This document shows, one piece after another, positions 28,624 to 38,775 of a stretch of DNA of 64,000 nucleotides. The stretch's first letter is position 1; every line of letters begins with the position of its first letter. Under the pieces are notes generated by a model. It saw only the letters and a program-made list of their open reading frames with translations, was not told the origin of the DNA and did not search any database. A program made the translations under genes and the position numbers. The stretch is from an uncultured Candidatus Saccharibacteria bacterium (GTDB taxonomy: Bacteria > Patescibacteriota > Minisyncoccia > Minisyncoccales > JANBVM01): positions 393,288 through 457,287 of the forward strand of contig CAYVDD010000001.1 in NCBI GenBank assembly GCA_964450805.1, written 5' to 3'.

Positions 28624-30267
28624 TTAGAATTGTTTAACTTTATTAATTATTGTTTCAGGAATAAAGGGACGAGCATCATACTGCAGCACCTTGTTTTTAA
28701 TAATATGACCAGTTTTCTCAGCAACAATATCACCTAGCTGGGCTGTAGCATTGTTCTCAACCAAAACCACTTTATCAGATTTTTCAAGTTCTTTTTTAAC
28801 CACATCAGTTGGAAATGGATTAATGTAGGAAATCTGCATAAATCTGTAGTTATCTAAATCTTTTAAAGCATCAAGAATTGCTCCTTTAGTTGAGCCCCAG
28901 CCAACTATTAAATTCTTTCCCTGGCCAAAGACACTTATTGGATTCAGTTTTTTAATCTCATCAGTAATGGTTTTTTCTTTTTTTAATCTTTTATCAGTCA
29001 TTTTATTCATCCACTCACCTTCTTCTGTAGTATTTCCATATTCATCATGCTCATAGCTTGTAACTTTAACAACAGGCCCCTGTCCTGGAACAGCACGAGG
29101 GGAATTACCATCTTCTGTAATCTTATACCCTTTATGGTCGTCAGAAGGGTTCCCCACAATAAACCTGTCAGAACTCACAGAAGATTTCTTCAATTTATCA
29201 AAAGTATAATCACTTTCTGCTAAGTGCTTATCAGAAATTAATATCACTAAACTTCTGTATTTATTAGCCAAATAAAATGCCTCTTGGGTCCTTATAATTG
29301 TTTCTTGAGGGTCACCAGGAGCAACAACAATTCTGGTAAATTCACCATGCCCAACATTAACTGCAAATTTTAAATCAGCTTGAGCAGTATATGTTGGAAC
29401 ACCGCTGGCAGGACCAGTTCTCTGAGCCAAATATACAACTAAAGGAATTTCAGCCATTCCAGCTAAACTCATTGCCTCGCCCATCAGAGCAAATCCTCCT
29501 CCTGAAGTCCCAACCATAGCCTTGGCACCAGCAAATGAAGCACCAAGTGCAGTATTAATAACTGCAATTTCACTTTCAAGCTGAATAACTAATAAATTGT
29601 GGTCTCTTTCTTTTTCTGCTAAATGGTGAAGTACTGCAGTGGCTGGTGTCATTGGATAAGCAATATAAACATCTATTCCAGATGCTATGGCTCCAGTTGA
29701 AACAGCTTTGCTTCCAGAGATAAAATATTTTTGATCACCTAATTTTTCAAACTTTTCCTGTTCTTTACCTAAATTATAACCAATCTTTGCTGCTTTTTTT
29801 ATTAAATCAATTTTACTGCCACCAAATCTTTCTTCTAATTCCTTCATTAAAGAACTCTCACTCATTCCAAAATATTTAAACAGCCAACCAATGAAAATAT
29901 CATTTTCTATTACTGGCTTAGCGTTTAAATTTTTTAAAATAGGCTGGACATCAATAGAATAAAATGTTTTGTCTGTTTTTAAATCTTTATCACCAACAAT
30001 AAAGCCATTTTCTTTTAAACCTTTAACATGTTTGTCAATTGTGTCCTGATCTAGAGCAACAATTAAATCATATTTATCACTATGGGAATAAACAGGTTTG
30101 TCAGAGATTTTAATTACATTAAAATTATGACCTCCCCTTATTAAAGATGGGTAGTCCCTGTAATTAAATACATAACGACCTGAGGAAGAAAAAACCTCTC
30201 CTATAAAGTATGAGGTTATATTGGTTCCTTGACCTGCTTTTCCTCCAATTAAAATTGTTTTTTCCAT
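28624..30267 (-). CDS. 2-oxoacid:ferredoxin oxidoreductase, fused gamma-alpha subunit
   Basis: N-terminal gamma-like IGGKAGQGTNITSYFIGE, followed by an alpha-domain pattern (AYPMTPAT, GTSGGGFALM). Confidence 0.8.
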   Translation of the reverse strand: MEKTILIGGKAGQGTNITSYFIGEVFSSSGRYVFNYRDYPSLIRGGHNFNVIKISDKPVYSHSDKYDLIVALDQDTIDKHVKGLKENGFIVGDKDLKTDKTFYSIDVQPILKNLNAKPVIENDIFIGWLFKYFGMSESSLMKELEERFGGSKIDLIKKAAKIGYNLGKEQEKFEKLGDQKYFISGSKAVSTGAIASGIDVYIAYPMTPATAVLHHLAEKERDHNLLVIQLESEIAVINTALGASFAGAKAMVGTSGGGFALMGEAMSLAGMAEIPLVVYLAQRTGPASGVPTYTAQADLKFAVNVGHGEFTRIVVAPGDPQETIIRTQEAFYLANKYRSLVILISDKHLAESDYTFDKLKKSSVSSDRFIVGNPSDDHKGYKITEDGNSPRAVPGQGPVVKVTSYEHDEYGNTTEEGEWMNKMTDKRLKKEKTITDEIKKLNPISVFGQGKNLIVGWGSTKGAILDALKDLDNYRFMQISYINPFPTDVVKKELEKSDKVVLVENNATAQLGDIVAEKTGHIIKNKVLQYDARPFIPETIINKVKQF

Positions 30268-30287
30268 AAAGTTTCTTTATTTTTTAA

Positions 30288-32096
30288 TTATTCGACAGTT
30301 ACGCTTTTTGCTAAATTCCTTGGTTTATCAACATCATGACCAAGCATTGTAGCTATATAATAAGCGAAAAGATGAAGAGGAATAACTGATAATATAGGGG
30401 TTAACATTTCCAAGGTCTTTGGTATATAGATTACATCATCAACTAATTCTTTTATCCTTTCATTACCTTCAGTAGCAATTGCAAGAACTGGTCCTTTTCT
30501 TGCCTTTACCTCTTCAACACCTAAGATCATTTTATCGTATACAGAATCAGAAGGACAAATTGCTATTGTTGGAAAATTCTCATCAACTAAAGCCAAAGGA
30601 CCATGCTTTAATTCACCACTAGCCCCTCCTTCAGCATGAAGATAAGAAATCTCTTTTAGTTTCAGAGCTCCTTCCAAAGCAATGGGAAAATTATATTTTC
30701 TTCCAATATAACAGAAATTTTTGAAGTTTTTGTATTTTTCAGCTAGAGATTTAATTTGTTCTGTATTTTCTAAAATCTGTTTAGCTAATGCTGGCAGTTT
30801 TTTTAATTCTGAGGTAATCCTCTGGCCAAAAACAAATGACATATTGCGCTGCCTTCCCAAATAAACTGAAAGCATTGCTAGGGTTGCTAATTGGGCTAAA
30901 AATACTTTAGTTGAGGCAACAGCTGTCTCAGGGCCTGAACGAGTGTAAACTCCGGCATCTGTTTCTCTGGCCTGGGTTGAACCAACAACATTTGTAATAC
31001 CTATTGTTAAAATCCCTTTTTTCTTCATTTCTGTTAAACCTGCTAAAGTATCAGCAGTTTCTCCTGACTGAGAAACAAATACAGCAGCAGTATTTTTATC
31101 AATAATGGGTTTTCTATATCTAAATTCAGAACCAATCTCTGCCTCAGACAAAATACCTGCATATTCTTCCAGCATATATTTACCAATTTTGGAAGCATAA
31201 CCAGCAGTGCCACATGCAACTAAAACAATCCTGTTAATCTTGTTTAATTTATCTCTTACACTATCCAATCCGCCAAGTTTTACTGTTCCTTCTTCAGGAA
31301 TCAACCTGCCTTTAATTGCATTTTCAATTGTTTCTGGTTCTTCCATTATTTCTTTGAGCATAAAATGATCATATCCTTTTTTCTGAGCATCTTCTGGAGT
31401 CCAGTCAATAGAAATCATTGGTTTTTCTTTAAGAATGAAAAAGTCATCAGGCTTTAAAACAGCAACTTCATTGTCGTCTAAAGCAATAACTTGTCTGGTA
31501 TGAGTTATTATTGCTGCTGGATCAGATGCAACCAAAAGCTCATCCTGACCAACACCTAAAAGCATTGGAGAAGATAAACGAGCTGCAACAATTTTTTGAG
31601 GCTCTTTTTTAGACATTAGAACAATCCCATATGTTCCTCTAATATCTTTTAGTATTTTCCTAAGAGCTTCTTCTAAACTGCCGTTATAATTCTCCTCAAC
31701 TAAATGGCACAATACTTCAGTATCAGTTTCGCTTGTAAATTTATGACCTTTGGAAATTAATTTTTCCTTAAGCTCCTGATAGTTTTCAATAATTCCATTG
31801 TGAACCAAAAAAATATTTCTATTACAGTCAAAATGAGGATGAGCATTTTCATCTGTCACACCTCCTGTGGTTGCCCAACGAGTATGACCAAGCCCAGTAA
31901 TCCCCTTAATATTTAAATCAGAAAGGCTTTCTGATCTTGAAATCTTACCCACTTTCTTGTAAATAAATGGTTCTTTTCCTTCATTAAAAACACAAAAACC
32001 GTAACTGTCATAGCCGCGGTATTCCATTCGCTTAAGCCCAGATAATAAAATCGGGAAGGCAGGTTTTTTACCTAAATAACCTATAATGCCGCACAT
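30288..32096 (-). CDS. glmS: glutamine--fructose-6-phosphate aminotransferase
   Basis: N-terminal MCGIIGY nucleophile, two SIS domains, and C-terminal KSVTVE. Confidence 0.92.
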   Translation of the reverse strand: MCGIIGYLGKKPAFPILLSGLKRMEYRGYDSYGFCVFNEGKEPFIYKKVGKISRSESLSDLNIKGITGLGHTRWATTGGVTDENAHPHFDCNRNIFLVHNGIIENYQELKEKLISKGHKFTSETDTEVLCHLVEENYNGSLEEALRKILKDIRGTYGIVLMSKKEPQKIVAARLSSPMLLGVGQDELLVASDPAAIITHTRQVIALDDNEVAVLKPDDFFILKEKPMISIDWTPEDAQKKGYDHFMLKEIMEEPETIENAIKGRLIPEEGTVKLGGLDSVRDKLNKINRIVLVACGTAGYASKIGKYMLEEYAGILSEAEIGSEFRYRKPIIDKNTAAVFVSQSGETADTLAGLTEMKKKGILTIGITNVVGSTQARETDAGVYTRSGPETAVASTKVFLAQLATLAMLSVYLGRQRNMSFVFGQRITSELKKLPALAKQILENTEQIKSLAEKYKNFKNFCYIGRKYNFPIALEGALKLKEISYLHAEGGASGELKHGPLALVDENFPTIAICPSDSVYDKMILGVEEVKARKGPVLAIATEGNERIKELVDDVIYIPKTLEMLTPILSVIPLHLFAYYIATMLGHDVDKPRNLAKSVTVE

Positions 32097-32099
32097 TGT

Positions 32100-34499
32100 T
32101 TAAATGACAATGTTTATTAATTTGCCTGGAACGAAAATTATCTTTTTAATGCTTTTGTTTAATATTCTTTTTTTAACTTTTTCACGATTTAGTGTCAAAT
32201 CACGTGCTTCATCCTCAGAAATATCAATATCCACATCAATTTTATCCCGAACCCTGCCATTAATCTGAATTATTAAGGTAATTGTTTTTTCTTTTGCTAG
32301 TTTTTCATCATATTTTGGCCAGGACTGGTTATGAACTGAGTCTTTGTTGCTAATTTTCTCCCAAAGTTCTTCAGCAATATGAGGTGCAAATGGAGCAAGC
32401 AGCAACAGCATTTTTTTAATTACATCCTTTCCAATACTGTTTTTATTTTCAAAGCCAAAATTAATAAATTCCATAAAAGCAGCTATAGCTGTATTAAATT
32501 TCATTTTCTCCATATCAGTTTCTACTTTTCTGTTAAGTTTGTGAATTTCTTTTATTGTGTCTTCAGAACTTTTTTCATTCTCAAAACAATCTAAAGTCAA
32601 CTGCCAAACTCTATTCAAAAATCTGTGAACGCCTTTTACTCCTTTACTGCTCCAGGAAATTGCCTGTTCAAAAGGACCCATAAACATCTCATAAACCCTT
32701 AGAGTGTCAGCTCCATATTCTTTAACAATATCATCAGGGTTAATAACATTGCCAAATGATTTCGACATTTTCCTGTTATCTTCGGCTAAAACAATTCCAT
32801 GAGAGGTTCTTTTTGCATATGGTTCTGGCTGAGAAACAACTTTAATATCATAAAGAAACTTATATATAAATCTAGAATATAAAAGATGCAAGGTAGTGTG
32901 CTCCATCCCGCCATTATACCAGTCAACTGGCATCCAATAATCTGATTTTTTCTTGTCAGTAATTTGCTTGTCATTATTTGGATCAACATATCTTAAAAAA
33001 TACCAGTTTGAACCAGCCCAGTTAGGCATTGTATCAGTTTCTCTTTTTGCACTGGCCTTGCATTTAGGACATTTGACATTAACCCAATCACTTATTCCAG
33101 CTAAAGGAGACTCTCCAGTGTCAGTCGGCTCATATTTTTCCACATAAGGAAGTTCAACTGGTAAATCTTTTTCAGGAACAGGAACAACACCGCATTTTTC
33201 ACAGTGAATAATAGGAATTGGTTCTCCCCAATAATGCTGACGGGAAAATATCCAGTCTCTTAATTTATAACGGACTTGTTTTGTTCCTAGTTTCTTATTC
33301 TCAAACCATTTAGTTATTTTTTTAATTGCCTCTTCTGATTTTAACCCATTAAATTCTCCTGAATTAATTAAAGTCCCATATTCAACAAAAGCTTGTTTTG
33401 AAATATTTCCTCCCTTTATTACTTCCCTTATCTCAAGATTATACTTTTTAGCAAAATCATAATCACGTTTATCATGAGCAGGAACAATCATTACAGCTCC
33501 TCCACCATAAGTTGCAACTACATAGTCACCAACCCAAACAGGAATCTTTTCATTATTAATTGGATTAATACAATATGAACCAGTAAATACTCCTGTTTTT
33601 TCCTTTTCAAGCTTTGTTCTCTCAAACTCTGTTTTATTCTTTGATTGTTTAATGTATCTCTCAACCGCACTTTTATTTTCATCAGTTATTAGTTTTCCAA
33701 CTAATTCGTGTTCAGGAGCTAAAACAACAGCTGTTACTCCAAAAATAGTATCAGCCCTAGTAGTAAAAACAGAAATAACATCACTAGATCTTTCTATTTT
33801 AAAATCAATATCTATCCCATAGCTTCTGCCAATCCATTCAAGCTGCTGAGCTTTAATTTTTTTCAAAAAATTAACTTTCTCTAAATCTTCAATTAATCTA
33901 TCAGCATATTTTGTAATTTGAAGCATCCATTGCTTTAATTTCTTTTGTGAAACTTTTGCCTTACATCTTTCACATTTTCCATCAATAACCTCTTCATTTG
34001 CCAATCCAATTTTACATGATGGACACCAATTAATAGGCATTTCATCCTGATAAGCAAGATTATTTTCAAAAAGCTTTAAAAATATCCACTGAGTCCATTT
34101 ATAATATTCAGGATCAGTTGTATTGACTTCTCTTGACCAATCAAAAGAAAGACCCAAACTTTTAAGCTGTCTTCTAAAATTAGAAATATTTTTTTTAGTT
34201 GCTTCAATTGGATGAATACCAGTCTTAATTGCATAGTTTTCAGTTGGCAGACCAAAAGCATCCCAGCCAATTGGAAACATTACATTAAACCCTTGCATCC
34301 TGTATTTTCTTGCTACTGAATCAAGTGCTGAATAAGACCTGCAATGGCCAACATGAAGACCAACTCCAGATGGATATGGAAATTCAATTAAAACGTATTT
34401 TTTAGGTTTTTTTGAAAAATCCTGGGCCTTATAAAAATCATGCTTCTCCCAGTATTTTTGCCACTTAGATTCTATTTCCTGAGCATTATAATTCATATG
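32100..34499 (-). CDS. leuS: leucine--tRNA ligase
   Basis: HIGH-type HVGHCRSY and KMSKS motifs. The track start at 34550 adds 17 non-conserved residues. The ATG at 34497-34499 gives the canonical MNYNAQEIESKWQKYW. Confidence 0.9.
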   Translation of the reverse strand, partial: HMNYNAQEIESKWQKYWEKHDFYKAQDFSKKPKKYVLIEFPYPSGVGLHVGHCRSYSALDSVARKYRMQGFNVMFPIGWDAFGLPTENYAIKTGIHPIEATKKNISNFRRQLKSLGLSFDWSREVNTTDPEYYKWTQWIFLKLFENNLAYQDEMPINWCPSCKIGLANEEVIDGKCERCKAKVSQKKLKQWMLQITKYADRLIEDLEKVNFLKKIKAQQLEWIGRSYGIDIDFKIERSSDVISVFTTRADTIFGVTAVVLAPEHELVGKLITDENKSAVERYIKQSKNKTEFERTKLEKEKTGVFTGSYCINPINNEKIPVWVGDYVVATYGGGAVMIVPAHDKRDYDFAKKYNLEIREVIKGGNISKQAFVEYGTLINSGEFNGLKSEEAIKKITKWFENKKLGTKQVRYKLRDWIFSRQHYWGEPIPIIHCEKCGVVPVPEKDLPVELPYVEKYEPTDTGESPLAGISDWVNVKCPKCKASAKRETDTMPNWAGSNWYFLRYVDPNNDKQITDKKKSDYWMPVDWYNGGMEHTTLHLLYSRFIYKFLYDIKVVSQPEPYAKRTSHGIVLAEDNRKMSKSFGNVINPDDIVKEYGADTLRVYEMFMGPFEQAISWSSKGVKGVHRFLNRVWQLTLDCFENEKSSEDTIKEIHKLNRKVETDMEKMKFNTAIAAFMEFINFGFENKNSIGKDVIKKMLLLLAPFAPHIAEELWEKISNKDSVHNQSWPKYDEKLAKEKTITLIIQINGRVRDKIDVDIDISEDEARDLTLNREKVKKRILNKSIKKIIFVPGKLINIVI

Positions 34500-34619
34500 T
34501 TTTATCTTAATTCGAATGCAGTGAAGAATCAAGATTCTTAATTTAAACAAGAAGTTCTCATTAAAAATAAAATTGAATGTAAAAAAAGAGTGGCTCAGAC
34601 ATTATCTTCACCACCTAAT

Positions 34620-34901
34620 TTAAAAGATACGGTGTAACCGATACAAAATATTACGTCTGAACTCATCAAATATTACGTACTCATCTGATGAGAAAAAGAG
34701 ACCAACAACCATTTGATTTATGCGATCTACAATCGCATGAATCAAATTTTGTTCAGGTTTTCCTTTTTGGCCAAAAACAAACACTTTTCGTTTAGAAAAC
34801 AGGATTAAACCTGAGAGCCTCTTTTCAATTTCAATATTTTGTCTGCTGGGCTCTGCCAGCATTTTTTCTAAGGATATAATAAAGTCATTCATTTTAATCA
34901 A
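34620..34901 (-). CDS. hypothetical protein (93 aa)
   Basis: ORF only; no motif recognised. Confidence 0.4.
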   Translation of the reverse strand: MIKMNDFIISLEKMLAEPSRQNIEIEKRLSGLILFSKRKVFVFGQKGKPEQNLIHAIVDRINQMVVGLFFSSDEYVIFDEFRRNILYRLHRIF

Positions 34902-34971
34902 CTCTCCAAACTATATATTATTTCATAAATCTGTCAAATCACATTTTGAAAACTACTAAAAATGATTAAAG

Positions 34972-35808
34972 CTATATATTAAAAAATTCTCTTGCGTTTT
35001 TTGTTGTAGCTTCTACTAGTTGTTCAAAATTTAAATTCTTGATTTTAGCAATCTCCTTAGCAATATATTTTACAAAAATAGGTTCATTGCGTTTTGTTTG
35101 AACTTGAGGTGGTGCTAAATAAGGACAATCTGTTTCAATTAAAATCTTGTCTAAAGGAGTTATTTTGATAACTTTTTCAAAATCAATGTTTTCAATGTTT
35201 TTAAAAATTATTCCATTAAAACCAATGTAATATCCCAAATCCAAATGTTTTTTAATATCATCTACAGTGCCAACAAAACTGTGAGCAACTGCTTTTTTAG
35301 GTCTTAAATCAGGATTATCAGATAAAATCCTGAATAAATCATGATTAGCCATGCGACAATGGAAAATTACTGGTAAATCTAATTCTTTTGCCAATTTTAA
35401 TTGTTGCAACAATAATTCTCTTTGTTTATCTTTAAATAATTCCTTTTTCTTTTTAGTTTTTGGCTTCCAATAATAATCTAAACCAATCTCACCAATTGCT
35501 ACAATTTTTTTTGATTGAGCCAGATTCTTATAAGTTTCGTAATCAAAATCTTCTTCAATACTTTTTTTCTCATTCACATCTGCTCTCATTTTCACTAATC
35601 CTGTTTCTAAATTTATTGGATGAAGACCAATAGAAGCATAAATTCCTTTTTCATATTTTTGAGCAATTTCAATTACTTCTCTTGAAGTTTTTAAATTTGT
35701 TCCAACATTAACAACCCAGACATTATTGTCCAAGCATTTTTTAATCACTTTATCTCTGTCTTTATCAAAAGCAGAAAAATTTAAATGAGCATGTGTATCA
35801 ATTAACAT
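34972..35808 (-). CDS. tatD: TatD-family metal-dependent hydrolase/DNase
   Basis: Motifs LIDTHAHLNF, HCRMANHD and ETDCPYLAP. Confidence 0.85.
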   Translation of the reverse strand: MLIDTHAHLNFSAFDKDRDKVIKKCLDNNVWVVNVGTNLKTSREVIEIAQKYEKGIYASIGLHPINLETGLVKMRADVNEKKSIEEDFDYETYKNLAQSKKIVAIGEIGLDYYWKPKTKKKKELFKDKQRELLLQQLKLAKELDLPVIFHCRMANHDLFRILSDNPDLRPKKAVAHSFVGTVDDIKKHLDLGYYIGFNGIIFKNIENIDFEKVIKITPLDKILIETDCPYLAPPQVQTKRNEPIFVKYIAKEIAKIKNLNFEQLVEATTKNAREFFNI

Positions 35809-35892
35809 AAATCTATTTTATCTCTTTTTTTTAATAAAAAAAATCCCAGAACCAATAATAAGGTAACTGGAAAATTAATAAACTATAATTTA

Positions 35893-36456
35893 TCAAACGG
35901 AATAATATAGCGGCCTTTTTACTCTTATTCCTAACTCACTACCTTCTTCTACGATAAGCTTTCCTTCGTCAGGACTTAATCCTTTAACAACTACATAATC
36001 TAGAAAACCGACACTTTTTCTTGGCACTAAGTAAGCTTCTTGGTCTCCTGCCCTTGTAACACGCAACTCATATCTATTTTTCCCAAGACTTCTTTCATTT
36101 TTAATGACTACCTTCATCTTATTAACAAACTCTTCTGTAGTCTCAAACTGTATCGTGGGTATAGATAAATCATAATCTAAGGGCTCTTCTATTGCTATCT
36201 TCAATCTTTTACCTGCGTTTACTATTTTTTTTGCCTGATCAGGATCCAACCCTTCTAAAATTACGGTTTCACTATTTGCAATATTGATTTGTGGCCTTAA
36301 AAATGCTTTATTGTCCCCAAGAGTTGTTACTATTAATCTGTATCTATCTTTTAAAATGTCTTTTTTATTTTCCGTAGCACTACTCCTTTCTTCTTTTATC
36401 CGATCTTCCATTTCATTTATAAATTCCTTCATGGTTTCAGTTTCATATACTGGCAA
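35893..36456 (-). CDS. hypothetical protein built from two tandem ~90-aa repeats
   Basis: The two halves align: ETETMKEFINEMEDRIKEERS / QFETTEEFVNKMKVVIKNERS; DRYRLIVTTLGDNKAFLRP / NRYELRVTRAGDQEAYLVP; VILEGLDPDQAKKIVNAGKRLKIAIEEPL / VVVKGLSPDEGKLIVEEGSELGIRVKRPL. Confidence 0.55.
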   Translation of the reverse strand: MPVYETETMKEFINEMEDRIKEERSSATENKKDILKDRYRLIVTTLGDNKAFLRPQINIANSETVILEGLDPDQAKKIVNAGKRLKIAIEEPLDYDLSIPTIQFETTEEFVNKMKVVIKNERSLGKNRYELRVTRAGDQEAYLVPRKSVGFLDYVVVKGLSPDEGKLIVEEGSELGIRVKRPLYYSV

Positions 36457-36561
36457 AGTTATTCCTCCATATTTTAAATTTACTATTAAGTAATAAATTT
36501 ACACTATCACACCTTTTTTGAAAGTCAAGCATAAAAAGAAGGTACTTTATATAGTACCTTA

Positions 36562-36903
36562 TTAATTTTCTTTGGGAGTCTGTTCTCTCCACTTAGGGCA
36601 AAAATTGCCTTCCCATCCCTCTATTGTTACTTCACCTTGCTTATCAACACGCAAAGTAGTTTCCCCGTGGAACTTCCGACCATTCTTTAACATTATTGAT
36701 TTAATACGATATCGTTTGCCTTGTAAAAAATCATAGCATTCTATTAGCCTGTTACATTTTTTCTCTAATGACGTCTCTGTTGCTACCAGTTTCTTTTCCT
36801 TTCCGTTTGAAAAAGAAAAGACTTTATTTTGTATTCTTATTCTTTTATTTAGTTTCCCCGTTAGAACTTCAATCTTAACAGTCCTTTTATTTTCCATTCT
36901 CAT
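36562..36903 (-). CDS. hypothetical protein (113 aa)
   Basis: ORF with an upstream GGTGAG SD-like sequence; no motif recognised. Confidence 0.45.
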   Translation of the reverse strand: MRMENKRTVKIEVLTGKLNKRIRIQNKVFSFSNGKEKKLVATETSLEKKCNRLIECYDFLQGKRYRIKSIMLKNGRKFHGETTLRVDKQGEVTIEGWEGNFCPKWREQTPKEN

Positions 36904-36951
36904 CTCACCACTTCTTTATTCTTTATATTTTATTGTTAAATAACTAAAAAA

Positions 36952-36972
36952 CCTCCTAGTTTAGTTAGGAGG
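36952..36972 (-). terminator. hairpin + T-run in the metG-downstream intergenic region
   Basis: CCTCCTA (36952-36958) / TAGGAGG (36966-36972) with a 7-nt loop. The minus strand continues with TTTTTT. Confidence 0.45.
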
Positions 36973-37208
36973 CCTGTAATTAATTTTTATTTTTTGAATT
37001 ATTATTTTTTTTAATAAAAACCTCCTAACAGATAAACTCTCAGGAAAATAATAACATCCCAAGCACGATTAGGTAGAAAATTAATGTTAATCTTATTTTT
37101 TATCTTTGTATTTGACATTTCCCAAAATTAATAATCTTGGTCCTGTTTCTAAAATAACAAAAGAGATAAATGATGTCAAGAACTTATCTACAAGAATAAA
37201 ACAAAAAA

Positions 37209-38696
37209 TTATCTAAAATTTAATCTAGGAAACAATGGTTTTCCTTTTTTAATAGTAAAGACGCATTTTTTCTCATCAGATTCTAATCCAACTTGGAATA
37301 ATATCTTTTCAGAAGTTTCAGGTATAAAAGGTTCTAATATTTTGGCAATATCATAAATAGTATATAGCAAATACAAAATAGAAAGTTTTTGATCTTTGTT
37401 TTCTTCCCAAACCTTATTCTTTTCAACGTATTGATCACAAAAACTAATAAGCTCCCAAATACAAGCCAAAGCATCATTAAATTTAAATTCTTTTAAAGCT
37501 TTTTCATAGTTTTTCTGAGTTTGATCTATTTTCTTTTGGAAATCTGTATTTCTAACTTCCTCAATTTTCAAAACTTCAGTTTTTATCCCTAATTTCTCTG
37601 ACAGACTTAAAACCCTTGACACTAAATTACCAAGTCCTTTTGCTAAATCAGAATTATACCTTTCATCAAATTTTTCATAAGTAAAATCACCGTCTTTAAA
37701 TGGCGAGATTTCACGCAGGAGAAAATATCTAACTGCTTCTGTGCCGTATTTTTCAACCAATTCAAATGGATTAATAACATTTCCTAAAGATTTTGAAATC
37801 TTTTCGCCACTAACAGTTATATACTCATGAATAAAAATTCTATCAGGCACAGACAAACCAGCTGATAAAAGTATCCCTGGCCAGTAAACTGCATGGAATC
37901 TTAAAATCCCTTTTCCAATAACATGAAGCTTATTATTGTTTTCTTGCCACCACTGCTCAAACTTTTCATCATCTTCTGCATAGTTTAAGGCAGTAATATA
38001 GTTTGCAAGTGCGTCAAACCAAACCCAGATAATCTGGTTAGAATCATTGGGTACTGGAATACCCCAGCCATGAGCGCGTTCTTTAGAACGGGAGATACAA
38101 ATATCTTTTAATCCTGAATTAATAAAACTTATTACTTCATTTTTTCTGGTCTCTGGAATAATTTTAATTTTATCTTTTTCAATTAATTCTTTTAATTGAT
38201 TCTGATATTTTGAAAGCTTAAAAAAATAATTCTCTTCTTCAATTAATTCTGGTTTTTTCTTATGCTCTGGACACAAACCATTAACAAGTTCTTTCTCTGT
38301 GTAAAACTCTTCGCAACCAACACAATAAAGCCCTTTATACTTTTTCTTATAAATATCTTTTTTGCAAGCCAGCCACAACTTTTCAACTCCTTTTACATGA
38401 CGCTTCTCAGTTGTTCTAATAAAATCATTAAAACTTAAATTAAGAATTTTTTTAAGGTCTTTAAAGATTTCTGCATTTTTATCAACAAATTCTTTTACTG
38501 AAACATTGGCTTTTTCTGCTGCCTGAGCGTTTTTCAGGCTGTTTTCATCAGTCCCAGTTAAAAACAAAACCTCCTCACCTAAAGCTCTATGATATCTTGC
38601 TAAAACATCTGCCTGAATTTTCTCCAGAGCATGACCAATATGAGGGCTTGCATTTACATAATCTATTGCTGTTGTAATAAAAAACTTGTTTTTCAT
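37209..38696 (-). CDS. metG: methionine--tRNA ligase (short form)
   Basis: HIGH-type ASPHIGHALE, KMSKS-type KISKSLGN, and Zn knuckle CVGCEEF...CPEH. Confidence 0.9.
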   Translation of the reverse strand: MKNKFFITTAIDYVNASPHIGHALEKIQADVLARYHRALGEEVLFLTGTDENSLKNAQAAEKANVSVKEFVDKNAEIFKDLKKILNLSFNDFIRTTEKRHVKGVEKLWLACKKDIYKKKYKGLYCVGCEEFYTEKELVNGLCPEHKKKPELIEEENYFFKLSKYQNQLKELIEKDKIKIIPETRKNEVISFINSGLKDICISRSKERAHGWGIPVPNDSNQIIWVWFDALANYITALNYAEDDEKFEQWWQENNNKLHVIGKGILRFHAVYWPGILLSAGLSVPDRIFIHEYITVSGEKISKSLGNVINPFELVEKYGTEAVRYFLLREISPFKDGDFTYEKFDERYNSDLAKGLGNLVSRVLSLSEKLGIKTEVLKIEEVRNTDFQKKIDQTQKNYEKALKEFKFNDALACIWELISFCDQYVEKNKVWEENKDQKLSILYLLYTIYDIAKILEPFIPETSEKILFQVGLESDEKKCVFTIKKGKPLFPRLNFR

Positions 38697-38775
38697 ATTA
38701 TTCCATTACTTCTTAATCCTTATACAAAAATTAGCCTATTTCAAGGCCTGTTTGCTGTTTAAAAAAAGCATAGCT

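Noticed and set aside
34500-34550. 17-codon N-terminal extension of LeuRS in the track (MFKLRILILHCIRIKIKH)
   Set aside because: It is hydrophobic and basic, and unlike any LeuRS N-terminus. The internal ATG at 34499 gives the canonical MNYNAQEIESKWQKYW start.
34590-34625. AATTAGGTGGTG upstream of leuS, resembling the T-box motif AAUUAGGGUGGUACC
   Set aside because: It overlaps the stop codon of the upstream ORF. The whole leader is only about 120 nt. No stem I/specifier loop or antiterminator/terminator alternative can be drawn.
36904-37208. A 300-nt gap downstream of metG with two copies of AAAAACCTCCTA as a possible sRNA or riboswitch
   Set aside because: Only one copy forms a hairpin, which is annotated as a terminator. 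I could not derive any further conserved structure or known motif. It is left uncalled apart from the hairpin.
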